From contig CAVRXU010000007.1 of assembly GCA_963725155.1 (NCBI GenBank), positions 320,131 to 384,130 of the forward strand: a stretch of 64,000 nt of DNA. Reading direction: 5' to 3'. Positions within the stretch are counted from its first letter, which is position 1. Each line of letters begins with the position of its first letter. This document shows positions 54,971 through 64,000 of the stretch, piece by piece. Origin of the DNA: an uncultured Microthrixaceae bacterium. Lineage in GTDB: Bacteria; Actinomycetota; Acidimicrobiia; Acidimicrobiales; DATDAH01. The position numbers and the translations under genes were made by a program. A model generated the notes under the pieces. The model was not told the origin of the DNA, ran no database searches, and saw only the letters and a list, made by a program, of their open reading frames with translations.

Positions 54971-55917
54971 CGGGCACCTCCGTCGAGGCGATCCTCGACC
55001 AGGCCTTCGTCGGTCAGCCGTCGCCGGCGCTGGCCACCACCCTGGCCGTGCTCGCGGTGCAGGGGGGTGAGGTCGTGGCCGAGCGCTACGGCGACGATGT
55101 GGCCGCCCACACGACCTTGATCTCCTGGTCGATGGCCAAGAGCATCACGCAGGCCCTCGTCGGCTTCGCCGTGGCCGATGGCCGCCTCGACGTCCACGCC
55201 CCGGCCCCTGTGCCCGAGTGGTCCGCGTCCGACGATCCCCGGCGGGCGATCACCGTGGACCAGCTGCTGCGCATGTGCTCGGGGCTCGTGTTCTGCGAGG
55301 ACTACGTGGACGAGCGGGTGTCGGACGTCATGACGATGCTCTTCGGCGAGGGGCAGGAGGACACCGCGGCGTTCGCCGCGGGGTTCCCGCTCGGTCACGA
55401 GCCCGGGACCGTGTTCAACTACTCGAGCGGGACCACCAACATCGTCGCCCGCATCGTCGGTGACCTCTACGGCGGCCGCCCCGGTGTGGAGGCCCTGCTG
55501 GCCGACCGCCTGTTCGGGCCCCTGGGCATGACGTCAGCCGTCGCCAAGTTCGACCCCGCGGGGACGTTCGTCGGCTCGTCCTACGTGTACGCCACGGCCC
55601 GGGACTTCGCCCGCTTCGGCGAGCTCTACCTCGATGAGGGCGAGGCCGATGGGCGTCAGGTCCTGCCCGCGTCGTGGATCGACTACGCCAGAACGGAGTC
55701 GCCGGTCCCGTCGGCCGCCGGCGAGCAGCCGTACGGGGCCCACTGGTGGCGGTTCCCGCCGGTCCCGGGGAGCTTCGCGGCCCAGGGTTACCAGGGTCAG
55801 CGGACGCTGGTGGTCCCCGACCTCGACCTCGTGGTCGTGCGCCTCGGGATCACACCGGTGGAGCTGAAGGCGAATCTGGACGGCTGGCTGACGGCACTGG
55901 TGGACGCCCTGCGCTGA
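54967..55917 (+). CDS. Serine hydrolase, beta-lactamase (class C / DD-peptidase) family
   Basis: GTG 54967 overlaps the upstream stop (GTGA). SxxK motif SMAKS and the YSSG region. Confidence 0.75.
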   Translation: MTGTSVEAILDQAFVGQPSPALATTLAVLAVQGGEVVAERYGDDVAAHTTLISWSMAKSITQALVGFAVADGRLDVHAPAPVPEWSASDDPRRAITVDQLLRMCSGLVFCEDYVDERVSDVMTMLFGEGQEDTAAFAAGFPLGHEPGTVFNYSSGTTNIVARIVGDLYGGRPGVEALLADRLFGPLGMTSAVAKFDPAGTFVGSSYVYATARDFARFGELYLDEGEADGRQVLPASWIDYARTESPVPSAAGEQPYGAHWWRFPPVPGSFAAQGYQGQRTLVVPDLDLVVVRLGITPVELKANLDGWLTALVDALR

Positions 55918-57091
55918 GGTCGAGGAGCCGGGCGTCGTCGCCCGGGGCGCCGATCAGGCTGACGCCGACCGGGACGCCGTCGACGACGACAGCCGGCACG
56001 GTCACCGTGGGCAGTCCGCCCAGCGAACCCACCACGGACGACGACGCCGCGATCCGCCGGGCCTCAGCGACCTCGGTGGCGTCGGCATCGCGCCGGGGTG
56101 GTCGGCCCGCTGCCGGGGCCAGCGCGACGTCGCCCGGCCGCAGGACGGCGGTGAGGTGGCGGCGAAGGTCGTCTCGGACCGCCATGGCCCGGGCATGGGC
56201 CGCCGGTGTGACCTGGAGGGCATGGGCGATGCGCTCGCCGACACCGGGGCCGAACTGTGGGTGGGCTTCGATGATCCACGTCTGATGGGCCGCCGCGAAC
56301 TCAGGGCCCTGGACATCCCGCACGACCATGGTCAGGTCGGGCAGGGACCAGTTGTCGGGAGTGAGGTCGACGGTGTCGGTCGGGTCGAAGGTGGCCACCA
56401 CTTCCAGCAGGGCCTCGCTGAGCCTCGGGTCGAGTAGGGCGAAGGCCTCCGTGGCCACGAGCACCCGGCCGCTCATCGTCGTCGCTGGCGCCACGCCGGT
56501 CACGGCCCCGGCCGCGGTCCGGAGCAGACGGGGGTCCCGGGCCAGCAGGCCGACCGTATCGAGGCTGGCGGCCAGGGGGTGGACCCCATCGAGGGGGACG
56601 CGGCCGTGGGTGGGGCGCCAGCCATAGAGGCCGCAGTACGACGCGGGGACCCGGATCGAGCCCAGCGTGTCACTGCCGAGGCCCAGGTCGGCCAGCCCCC
56701 CCGCCACTGCCGCCGCGCTCCCGCTGGAGGACCCGCCGGGATCGTGATCGGGAGCGACTGGGTTCACGGGCATCCCGTAGGGGCTGTCCCGACCGGAGAG
56801 GCTGTAGGCCATCTCTGCCGTGTGGGCCCGTCCGACCAGGGTGGCTCCCGCGGCGAGGAGCCGTTCGACCGCGGTCGCATCGGCTTCCGCCGGTGGATGC
56901 GTGGCCGCCCAGCTGGGCTGGCCGGCGCCGGTGACCCGGCCGCGGAGAGCGAAGAGGTCCTTCGCCACGAAGGTGACACCGGCGAGCGGCCCGGTCGGAT
57001 CCCCGGGGACAGGGACGAAGGCCTCGTCGATGAGCGCGCCGTATGGGTCCACGGGCTCAGACCGTGGGCCGCAGGTCGTCGCAGAGGTCAT
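55850..57091 (-). CDS. Amidase (amidase-signature family)
   Basis: GGSSSGSAAAVA...GSDTLGSIRVPASYCG signature. Confidence 0.85.
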   Translation of the reverse strand: MTSATTCGPRSEPVDPYGALIDEAFVPVPGDPTGPLAGVTFVAKDLFALRGRVTGAGQPSWAATHPPAEADATAVERLLAAGATLVGRAHTAEMAYSLSGRDSPYGMPVNPVAPDHDPGGSSSGSAAAVAGGLADLGLGSDTLGSIRVPASYCGLYGWRPTHGRVPLDGVHPLAASLDTVGLLARDPRLLRTAAGAVTGVAPATTMSGRVLVATEAFALLDPRLSEALLEVVATFDPTDTVDLTPDNWSLPDLTMVVRDVQGPEFAAAHQTWIIEAHPQFGPGVGERIAHALQVTPAAHARAMAVRDDLRRHLTAVLRPGDVALAPAAGRPPRRDADATEVAEARRIAASSSVVGSLGGLPTVTVPAVVVDGVPVGVSLIGAPGDDARLLDLSAGRPPVPSASRPDSPSAPPV

Positions 57092-57135
57092 CCGCCCGGC
57101 TCGCTGGGTACGTAAAGTTGATCGTGCGCTTCGAC

Positions 57136-58017
57136 ATGGACCGATACAAGCTCATGACGGACCGGCTGCGCTGGGACGACCTCGACATGGAGGGGTTCGC
57201 CACCGACCGGCTGGCCGAGGAGGATCTGCGCAGCCTCCGCTACGCGCACGACGTCGAGTACCACACGGCGTGCTACCTCCGGGACCTGTTGTCGACCCGG
57301 GCCCACGACGAGAGCCGGCTGACCGCCTTCCTCACCTTCTGGGCCTGGGAGGAGTTCTGGCACGGCGAGGCGATCGCCACCGTCCTCCGGGCCCACGGTG
57401 AGGCCGCCGGCGACGACCGGATCAACCCCCTGCGGCGGCGCCTCGGACTCCGCACCCGCCTCGGCCCAGCCATCTGGTCGCTCGCTTCCCTGGCCATGAA
57501 GGACCTGCCCGCGGTGCACATGACCTGGGGCGCAGTGAACGAATGGACGACCCAGGCCGCTTACGCCCGCCTCTCGGCCAGGGCGGGGCACCCGGTGCTG
57601 ACCGAGCTCCTGTCGCGGATCATGAAGCAGGAGGGGCGCCACATCGACTTCTACGCCTCTGAGGCGTGCTTGCGCCTCGAGCGGTCCCGGTCGGCTCGGG
57701 CCCTGACCCGCTGCGCCCTGCGCAGGGCCTGGACGCCCGTCGGCGCCGGGGTGCTGCCTGATCGCGAAGTGGCCTTCGTGGTGCAGTACCTCTTCGACAA
57801 CCCCGAGGGCCACGCCATGGTGGCTCGCATCGACCGGCGCATCGACCGCCTGCCCGGCCAGGAAGGCCTCGGGCTCCTCAGCAACGCGTTGACGACCTGG
57901 CGGGACACGGCCGCTCAGCTGCAGGTGCTCGGATCGACCGACTCCAACCGGTCCCAACGAATGGCCGACGAGTCCGGGCGGACCCACATCACCCGGTCCG
58001 TGCCACACGCCGCGTAG
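57136..58017 (+). CDS. Ferritin-like di-iron protein (acyl-ACP-desaturase-like fold)
   Basis: Two ExxH motifs (WEEFWHGEA, KQEGRHIDFY). Start ATG 57136. Confidence 0.55.
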   Translation: MDRYKLMTDRLRWDDLDMEGFATDRLAEEDLRSLRYAHDVEYHTACYLRDLLSTRAHDESRLTAFLTFWAWEEFWHGEAIATVLRAHGEAAGDDRINPLRRRLGLRTRLGPAIWSLASLAMKDLPAVHMTWGAVNEWTTQAAYARLSARAGHPVLTELLSRIMKQEGRHIDFYASEACLRLERSRSARALTRCALRRAWTPVGAGVLPDREVAFVVQYLFDNPEGHAMVARIDRRIDRLPGQEGLGLLSNALTTWRDTAAQLQVLGSTDSNRSQRMADESGRTHITRSVPHAA

Positions 58018-59813
58018 GCGGCCTCGCCGAACGTCCCGTGGGCCAGCCGGTAGGGCCGGTAGCCCCAGCCAAGGAGGTCGGCGGGCGCCAGCTCTCGCCA
58101 GGGCTGGGCGACGACGTCAGGCTGGAGCGTGCCGATCGAGTAGGCGAAGTCGTACTTGTTGTGGCCGGGCAGCACGAGGGCCTCGGTGGCCGGAGGGGCC
58201 TTGGCGATCCGTTCGTCGCTCTTGCCCAACAGGTCGACGGCAGGGCGGTGCGACACATATTGGGTGGCGCCGGCGGCCACGACCGCCACGCTGGCGTCAG
58301 GCTCGGTGATCGCCGCGATCTGCTCGCCCAGGACGCTGTAGTCGGCGGCCCGGTCGATCCCACCGAAGGCGAGGCTGGGGGCGGCGACGGCCCCGGCCAG
58401 CGTCAGGACCGCGACCACCACGAGGCCGAGGCGGTCGCGACCCACCTCTGACCGTCGCAGCCAGAGCCCGGCCACGAGCCCCACGATCAGCACGGGCACG
58501 GCGACGCCCAGCCAGGTCCCGCCGGGGGCGAGGGCGACCACTGACAGATCCGGGCGCGGCGCCTCGAGCACGGTCAGGTAGATCACGGCCGGCCCAGAGG
58601 CGGCCAGCGCCAGGACCCAGGCCAGGCCCCGCCGCTCCCCGGCGGTGACCGTCGCGGTCGGCGGACCCGCTCGGAGCACGGCGACGGCGAGGACCAACAG
58701 GAGGACCAGGCTCGGGGTGAGATACCGGTTGGGGATGAGGAAGTACTCCCATGCGTCCCCGCCCGCGGACACGCCGTAGAGGGCGCCGAGACCGGCCAGG
58801 AGCCCGAGCAGGCGGGCGCCGTCCTGGCCGACAGGGTCGAGCCGGCGCCGACCGAGGGCGACGATGACGAGGGGCGCCGCCAGGTAGCCGGCGACGGTGA
58901 CCGCGGTGACCACGAGGCCCCGGTCGAGGCGGGCCCCGAGAGCGAAGCCGGCGAGCTTCAGGTAGTAGGTGTTGGGCACCGGGTCGCCGTAGTAGGCGAG
59001 GCGGAACGCGATGGTCGCGGCGGTCGTGAGCACGGTCACCGCCGCGATGCCGACGGCCAGGCGGAGCGGGCGCCGGCACGGGCGGCGCACCCCCAACCAG
59101 GCCACCAGTCCGCCGGCGACGACCACGAAGTCGGACCGGATGACGATCCCCAGGACCAGCGCCGCACCGAGCACGAGCCCGTCGCGCCGTCCGCCACCCT
59201 CGGCGCGGGCGAGGCGCAGCGTGGCGTTGACCACGACCAGGCTCAGCAGGACGAGCAGCCCCACCTCCATGCCCCGCAGGGTCCACCAGAGCAGGGGGAA
59301 GCAGGTGGCCACGGCCACGACGGAGAGGAAGCGGGTCATCGGATCGACCGCACCGGTCAGCAGGGCGACGGTGGTGCGGGCCTGCAACGCCGTGGCCCAG
59401 ACGACCAGCAGGCCGAGAGCGACCACCGTGAGGACCACGGCGTCCCCCGACAGCCCCACCCGGTGCAGGAGGGCCATGACCAGGGTCCAACCCAGGTTCG
59501 TCATCCCCTCGGTCCGGGGCGCTCCGGCGAACCACACCAGCTCGCCGGTCTCGGCCAGCGTGCGGGCGTAGGACATCGAGATCATGACGTCGTCGAACAG
59601 GGTCCAGTGCAGGCGGCCGTCGGCACTGCGCCACGCCCCCTCCCGCAGGACCATCAGGGCCAACGCGAACGACGGCAGGAGGCCGGCCAGCACCGGTCGG
59701 CGGGGCACCCATCCGGGCCGGTCGGGCGTGGGCCCGGTCGAGGCCGGTGGCGGCTCGAGCGGGACGGCGGCCTCCGGGGCCCGGTCCAACACCCCCTGTG
59801 CTCCCTGAGCCAC
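57915..59813 (-). CDS. Polytopic membrane protein, possible GT-C-type glycosyltransferase (function unknown)
   Basis: More than 12 hydrophobic segments. N-terminal loop motif FDDVMISMSYARTLAETGELVW...RTEGMTNLGW. The family is not recognised with confidence. Confidence 0.5.
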   Translation of the reverse strand: MAQGAQGVLDRAPEAAVPLEPPPASTGPTPDRPGWVPRRPVLAGLLPSFALALMVLREGAWRSADGRLHWTLFDDVMISMSYARTLAETGELVWFAGAPRTEGMTNLGWTLVMALLHRVGLSGDAVVLTVVALGLLVVWATALQARTTVALLTGAVDPMTRFLSVVAVATCFPLLWWTLRGMEVGLLVLLSLVVVNATLRLARAEGGGRRDGLVLGAALVLGIVIRSDFVVVAGGLVAWLGVRRPCRRPLRLAVGIAAVTVLTTAATIAFRLAYYGDPVPNTYYLKLAGFALGARLDRGLVVTAVTVAGYLAAPLVIVALGRRRLDPVGQDGARLLGLLAGLGALYGVSAGGDAWEYFLIPNRYLTPSLVLLLVLAVAVLRAGPPTATVTAGERRGLAWVLALAASGPAVIYLTVLEAPRPDLSVVALAPGGTWLGVAVPVLIVGLVAGLWLRRSEVGRDRLGLVVVAVLTLAGAVAAPSLAFGGIDRAADYSVLGEQIAAITEPDASVAVVAAGATQYVSHRPAVDLLGKSDERIAKAPPATEALVLPGHNKYDFAYSIGTLQPDVVAQPWRELAPADLLGWGYRPYRLAHGTFGEAAYAACGTDRVMWVRPDSSAIRWDRLESVDPSTCS

Positions 59814-59958
59814 GACCCGGATCCTCCCTGGCCCGCCAGGACAGGCGGTCGGACCTCCTGTCGGCGGCCACCCGGCGCCGGTGAGGCCTGAGAAGCCCGT
59901 TCATCCGTGCCCGGCGGCGCCCCTGGCTAGCCTGACCCCTTCACAGGAGGGGTACGCG

Positions 59959-61314
59959 ATGAGTGATTCGATCCAGCTGGTCACCGAGGTCCCGGGGCCC
60001 AGGAGCCTCGAACTGGTGGCCCGTCGGGAAGCCGCCGTGCCCAGCGGGGCGGCCAAGCTGACCCCGCTCGGCATCGCCTCGGCCCGCGGGTCGGTGGTCG
60101 TCGACCTCGACGGCAACCACCTCATCGACCTGGCGGGGGGCATCGGTGTCCTGGCCGTGGGCCACACGCCACCCAACGTCGTCCAGGCCGTGCAGGAGCA
60201 AGCCGCGGACCTCATCCACATCTGCAACATCGTGGCCTCCACGGAGTCCTACCTCGACGTGGCCGAACGGCTCAACGAGATCACGCCCGGGGACTTCGAC
60301 AAGCGCACCCTGCTCTGCAACACGGGGGCCGAGGCGGTCGAGGCCGCCGTGGGCATCGCCCGCTACGCCACCGGCCGTCAGGGCGTGGTCGTGTTCGAAG
60401 GGGCCTACCACGGTCGTTCGAACTTGACCCTGGCCATGACCAGCAAGTTCGGGCTGTTCAAGAAGGGCTTCGCCCCCTTCGCTCCCGAGATCTACCGGTT
60501 GCCGTTCCCTGACCTCTACCGCCGCCCCAGCCAGTTCACCGAGGACGAGTGGGTCGCCCACGCCGTCAGCCAGTTGGACCGGGCGATGGTGGCCCAGGTC
60601 GACCCGTCCCACGTGGCCGCGGTCGTCATCGAGCCCGTCCTGGGCGAGGGTGGGTTCGTCCCCGCCCCGGCCCCGTTCCTGCAGCGGCTCCGGGAGCTGT
60701 GCGACCAGCACGGCATGGTGCTGATCGCCGACGAGATCCAGGCCGGGTTCGGTCGGACGGGCAAGCTCTTCGCCATCGAGCACGCCGGCGTCGTCCCCGA
60801 CATGGTGACCACGGCCAAGTCCCTGGCCGCGGGGATGCCGCTGGCCGCCGTCACCGGTCGAGCCGAGCTCATGGATGCCCCGCACCCGGGTGGTCTCGGG
60901 GGGACCTATTCGGGCAACCCACTGGCGTGCGTCGCCGCCGTCGAGGCCATCGACACGATCCGGGAGCCTGCCTTCCTGGCCCGTGCCGTGGCCGTGGGCG
61001 ACCGGATCCGTGGCCACCTCGAGGCCATCCAGGCCGAGCACCCCGACCTCGTCGGCGACGTGCGGGGTTTGGGGGCGATGCTGGTCATGGAGCTGGTGAC
61101 CGACACCGAGTCCAAGACCCCCGACCCTGACGCCACCGTGGCGGTGACGCTGGCCACGCTGGAGCGGGGTGTCATCACCATCCGGGCCGGCCTCTACTCC
61201 AACTGCGTGCGCTTCCTGCCCCCGCTGACGATCAGCGACGAGGAGATCGACGAGGCCATGGCCGTCGTGGCCGAGGCCGTCCGGGTGGCGGCGAAGGAAC
61301 GGGCCCATGGCTGA
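59959..61314 (+). CDS. Class-III PLP aminotransferase (4-aminobutyrate / omega-amino acid transaminase-like)
   Basis: AGGAGG RBS at 59945-59950. Motifs GGIGVLAVGH, FEGAYHGRS, DEIQAGFGRTG and TTAKSLA (PLP Lys). Confidence 0.85.
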   Translation: MSDSIQLVTEVPGPRSLELVARREAAVPSGAAKLTPLGIASARGSVVVDLDGNHLIDLAGGIGVLAVGHTPPNVVQAVQEQAADLIHICNIVASTESYLDVAERLNEITPGDFDKRTLLCNTGAEAVEAAVGIARYATGRQGVVVFEGAYHGRSNLTLAMTSKFGLFKKGFAPFAPEIYRLPFPDLYRRPSQFTEDEWVAHAVSQLDRAMVAQVDPSHVAAVVIEPVLGEGGFVPAPAPFLQRLRELCDQHGMVLIADEIQAGFGRTGKLFAIEHAGVVPDMVTTAKSLAAGMPLAAVTGRAELMDAPHPGGLGGTYSGNPLACVAAVEAIDTIREPAFLARAVAVGDRIRGHLEAIQAEHPDLVGDVRGLGAMLVMELVTDTESKTPDPDATVAVTLATLERGVITIRAGLYSNCVRFLPPLTISDEEIDEAMAVVAEAVRVAAKERAHG

Positions 61315-62389
61315 TCAGCCGATCCGGGTCCTCGAGCTCACCGGCTCGCCGACGGAGGTGGGTCGGGCCCACGGCAGCGCGTACGCCGCCGAGATCCGGG
61401 AGTACACCGACGAGCGGGTCCACCTGTCCTCGGACGGGGTGTGGGCCGGCCACGCCGTGACCCACGACGAGGTCATCGCCCTGGCCGAGGCCTGCCTGCC
61501 GGCCCACGAGGCCTACGCCCCCGAGCTCTACGCCGAGATGCTGGCCATGGCCGACGGGGCCGGCCTGTCCCCCGCCGAAGCCGTCATCGTCGGCGGCTTC
61601 ACCGACTTCATCGACACGGTGCGGGCGTCGGGCGGGAACCCGGCGCCGGAGGACAGCTGTACGGCCGCGCTCGTCCCCGCGGACGCCGGGGGTGGCGAGC
61701 CCTGGTTCGCCCAGACCTGGGACATGCACGACACGGCGACGCCCTACATCGTGATGCTCCGCACCCGGGTGACCGGGCGGCCCGAGGCGCTGGTGTTCAC
61801 CACGGTCGGGTGCCTCGGCCAGATCGGGATGAACGAGCACGGCCTCTGCGTCGGCATCAACAACCTCACCGCGGCCGACGGCAAGGTCGGCGTGACCTGG
61901 CCGTTCGTCGTCCGGAAGGCGCTGGCCCAAACCTCCATCGACGACGCCCTGGCCTGCATCACGGGGGCCGACCTGGCCGGCGGCCACAACTTCCTCCTCC
62001 TCGACGCCGAAGGTCGGGGCTACGACGTCGAGGCCATGCCGACGGCCACCCACGTCATCGAGCTGCACGACGAGCCCCTGGTCCACACCAACCACTGCGT
62101 CGCCGAGATCACCCAGGCCGTCCAAGGGCCGCGGGCCCCGGTGCGCATCGCCTCCTCCGAGCACCGCTACGCCCGCGCTGTCGAGCTCCTGGGCAAGCGC
62201 CCCCTCGACGAGCAGTCCCTCATGGCCCTGACCCACGACGAGGAAGCCATCTGCGAACGGCCCGAGCCGCCCTATGACGTCATGTCCTGCGGGGCGACGG
62301 TCATGCGCCCGGTCACCCGTGACCTCTGGGCCGTGTGGGGCCTCCCGGTCGAGAACGAGTACGAGCACTTCACCATCGGAAATGAATGA
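61307..62389 (+). CDS. C45-family Ntn peptidase / acyl-CoA:6-APA acyltransferase-like
   Basis: The DSCTA nucleophile segment, HTNH, and size (360 aa) fit the AAT/C45 family. Confidence 0.65.
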   Translation: MADQPIRVLELTGSPTEVGRAHGSAYAAEIREYTDERVHLSSDGVWAGHAVTHDEVIALAEACLPAHEAYAPELYAEMLAMADGAGLSPAEAVIVGGFTDFIDTVRASGGNPAPEDSCTAALVPADAGGGEPWFAQTWDMHDTATPYIVMLRTRVTGRPEALVFTTVGCLGQIGMNEHGLCVGINNLTAADGKVGVTWPFVVRKALAQTSIDDALACITGADLAGGHNFLLLDAEGRGYDVEAMPTATHVIELHDEPLVHTNHCVAEITQAVQGPRAPVRIASSEHRYARAVELLGKRPLDEQSLMALTHDEEAICERPEPPYDVMSCGATVMRPVTRDLWAVWGLPVENEYEHFTIGNE

Positions 62390-63014
62390 GATCAGGTACG
62401 TCACCCTCACGGCGGACCTGGCGCCGGCGTGTCACCGCCTGGAGATCTCGGCGTTTCCCTCCGCCGATCCCGCCGGCCTCCTGAGCGAGGAGGACATCCG
62501 GATCTTCGCCGAGATCTTCCCGGAGGGCTTCTTCGTGGCCCTCGACGGTGACGAGCCCGTCGGCCAGGGGGCGGGGATCTTCGTCGACTTCGACTTCGAG
62601 ACCCAGATCCAGCACACGATCACCTCGCTGTGCGGGCCCCACCAGTGCGACAACCACGATCCGGACGCCGACTGGTACTACGGCGTCGACATCGTGGTCT
62701 CGGCCGAGCACCGCGGCCGCGGCATCGGCCGGAAGCTCTACGACCTGCGCAAGGACCTCGTCCAACGCCACGACAAGCGCGGCATCATCGCCGGCGGCGA
62801 CCTGCCCGGCTACCCCGAGCACGCCGGGGCCATGGACATCGAGACCTACGTGGCCAAGGTGGTGGCGGGTGAGCTGACCGATCCGACGTTGACCATGCAG
62901 CTCCGCAACGGCTTCGAGGTCCGGGGCGTGATCCACGACTACCTGCCCCACGAGCACGGCGAAGACCACGCCAGCCTCATCGTCTGGGAGAACCCCGACT
63001 ACTCCGGCGCCTGA
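62382..63014 (+). CDS. GNAT-family N-acetyltransferase
   Basis: VSAEHRGRGIGRKLY acetyl-CoA-binding motif. Confidence 0.75.
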   Translation: MNEIRYVTLTADLAPACHRLEISAFPSADPAGLLSEEDIRIFAEIFPEGFFVALDGDEPVGQGAGIFVDFDFETQIQHTITSLCGPHQCDNHDPDADWYYGVDIVVSAEHRGRGIGRKLYDLRKDLVQRHDKRGIIAGGDLPGYPEHAGAMDIETYVAKVVAGELTDPTLTMQLRNGFEVRGVIHDYLPHEHGEDHASLIVWENPDYSGA

Positions 63015-63018
63015 GCCC

Positions 63019-64000
63019 GTGCTCCTGCACGACCTGCCGGCGACGGCGGATCCGGCCGCCCGAGCGCTCATGTTCGGCGACGAGCACTGGTCGTTCGCCC
63101 GTCTCACCGCCGAGATCGACCGGGTGGCCGCCGCGGTGTCGGCGCGCACGGACGCGGGCGACCGGGTGGCCCTCATCGGCCGCAACCGCCTGGCCTACGT
63201 CGCCGCCCTCTACGGCATCCCGGCGGCCGGTCGGATCGCCGTCCCCCTGAACCACCGCCTCGCCCCTCCGGAGATCGCCGCCCAGGCCGAGCACGTCGGT
63301 GCCGCCTTCGTGATCGGTGACCGCGGCGACGACCGGCTCCCCGGGGCCATCCCCTGGGCCGACTGGTCAGTGGCGGTCGACGCCTCGCCGGAGGGCGCTC
63401 TCCGGCAGGGGCCGACGCCGGACGATCCGGCCTGGATCCTCTTCACCAGCGGGACCACGGGCCGGCCCAAGGGTGCGGTCCTGACCCATCGGAACCTGCT
63501 CGCCGCCGTCGAGGGGGCGAACGCCGCCCGGCCGGTGGCCGACGACGACGTCTACGGCTTCTGCTTCTCGCTCTGCCACGTGGCCGCCTACAACGTGTTC
63601 TGCCTCCACGCGGCCGGCCGCCCCGTCGTGGTCATGGAGGGCTTCGACCCGGCCGAGCTCGGCCGGGTCGTCGAGCGGGAGCAGGTGACGACCGTCTCGC
63701 TTGCCCCCACCATGCTCACGATGCTGCTCGACCACCTCCGCGACGACGCGGGAGCCGGTCGCAACGCGTTCGCGACGCTGCGCCAGTTGGCGTACGGCGC
63801 ATCGTCCATGGCCCCCGAGCTCCTCCGGCGGGGCGCGGAGACGCTCGGTGTTGGCTTCGCCCAGGGCTACGGGATGACCGAGCTGTCGGGCAACGCCGTC
63901 TTCCTCGACGCCGATGGGCACCGGTCTGCGCTCACCGACCGGCCCCACCTCCTGAAGGCGGCAGGCAAGCCCAGCCCGGTGGCCGAGGTCCGCATCGCCG
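63019..64000 (+). CDS. AMP-dependent synthetase/ligase (acyl-CoA synthetase family), 5' part; continues beyond the window
   Basis: My own translation from GTG 63019 gives VLLHDLPATADPAARALMFGDEHWSF...ILFTSGTTGRPKGAVLTH...GYGMTE, with no stop before 64000. Not in the ORF track. Confidence 0.8.
   Translation, partial: MLLHDLPATADPAARALMFGDEHWSFARLTAEIDRVAAAVSARTDAGDRVALIGRNRLAYVAALYGIPAAGRIAVPLNHRLAPPEIAAQAEHVGAAFVIGDRGDDRLPGAIPWADWSVAVDASPEGALRQGPTPDDPAWILFTSGTTGRPKGAVLTHRNLLAAVEGANAARPVADDDVYGFCFSLCHVAAYNVFCLHAAGRPVVVMEGFDPAELGRVVEREQVTTVSLAPTMLTMLLDHLRDDAGAGRNAFATLRQLAYGASSMAPELLRRGAETLGVGFAQGYGMTELSGNAVFLDADGHRSALTDRPHLLKAAGKPSPVAEVRIA

Noticed and set aside
196-63948. Dozens of long ORFs in the supplied track that are antisense to, or out of frame with, the genes called here. 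Examples: 2110-3510 (-), 4722-6680 (-), 9557-11206 (+), 28040-30124 (-), 45504-48155 (+), 51053-53047 (-) and 58297-59904 (-).
   Set aside because: Their translations are Arg/Gly/Pro/Ala-rich low-complexity strings with no recognisable motifs. Each fully overlaps a frame with clear family motifs and strong third-position GC bias. These are typical shadow ORFs of a ~70% GC genome, where stop codons are rare.
1-64000. A search for mobile elements, prophage, toxin-antitoxin or defence systems (transposase DDE motifs, integrase, nucleases, helicase/ATPase pairs, CRISPR-Cas, RM).
   Set aside because: No ORF shows such motifs. Composition is uniform, with no flanking tRNA or att-like direct repeats. 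The window looks like core or accessory envelope and metabolism genes.

Overview
This is a high-GC (about 70%) chromosome segment of actinobacterial type; the taxon cannot be fixed from sequence alone. It is almost entirely coding. I found no rRNA, tRNA, CRISPR array, transposase, integrase or recognisable defence genes. Layout: (1) 3' end of an O-methyltransferase gene. (2) A 5-gene Opp/Dpp-type peptide ABC importer (0.4-6.6 kb) whose second ATPase carries a ~148-aa membrane-like insertion inside the nucleotide-binding domain. (3) A cyclophilin gene and an AlkA-like DNA glycosylase gene. (4) A ~26-kb cell-envelope glycan assembly island (8.4-34.2 kb, with outliers at 41-43.9 kb). It holds seven GT-C-type membrane transferases (four are close paralogs, one is AftD-like), GT2 and GT4 enzymes, DUF2304, a methyltransferase, a CE4 deacetylase, a GNAT, four paralogous SGNH lipoproteins and an AT3-SGNH acyltransferase. 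(5) A GGDEF-EAL protein. (6) An MBL / Gfo-Idh-MocA / SDR gene set. (7) A cvnABCD conservon, divergent from a DUF4388-CapA-M18 aminopeptidase operon. (8) A copper amine oxidase and several peptide/amide hydrolases. (9) An aminotransferase / C45 / GNAT / AMP-ligase operon that runs off the 3' end. Non-genic structure: a GC-rich repeat family (three tandem 99-bp units plus three dispersed loci), a perfect 52-bp palindrome, and a nested hairpin acting as a likely bidirectional terminator. Three or four genes show apparent frameshifts, which may be assembly errors or true pseudogenes. All functional calls rest on my reading of motifs in the translations; no database search was run.
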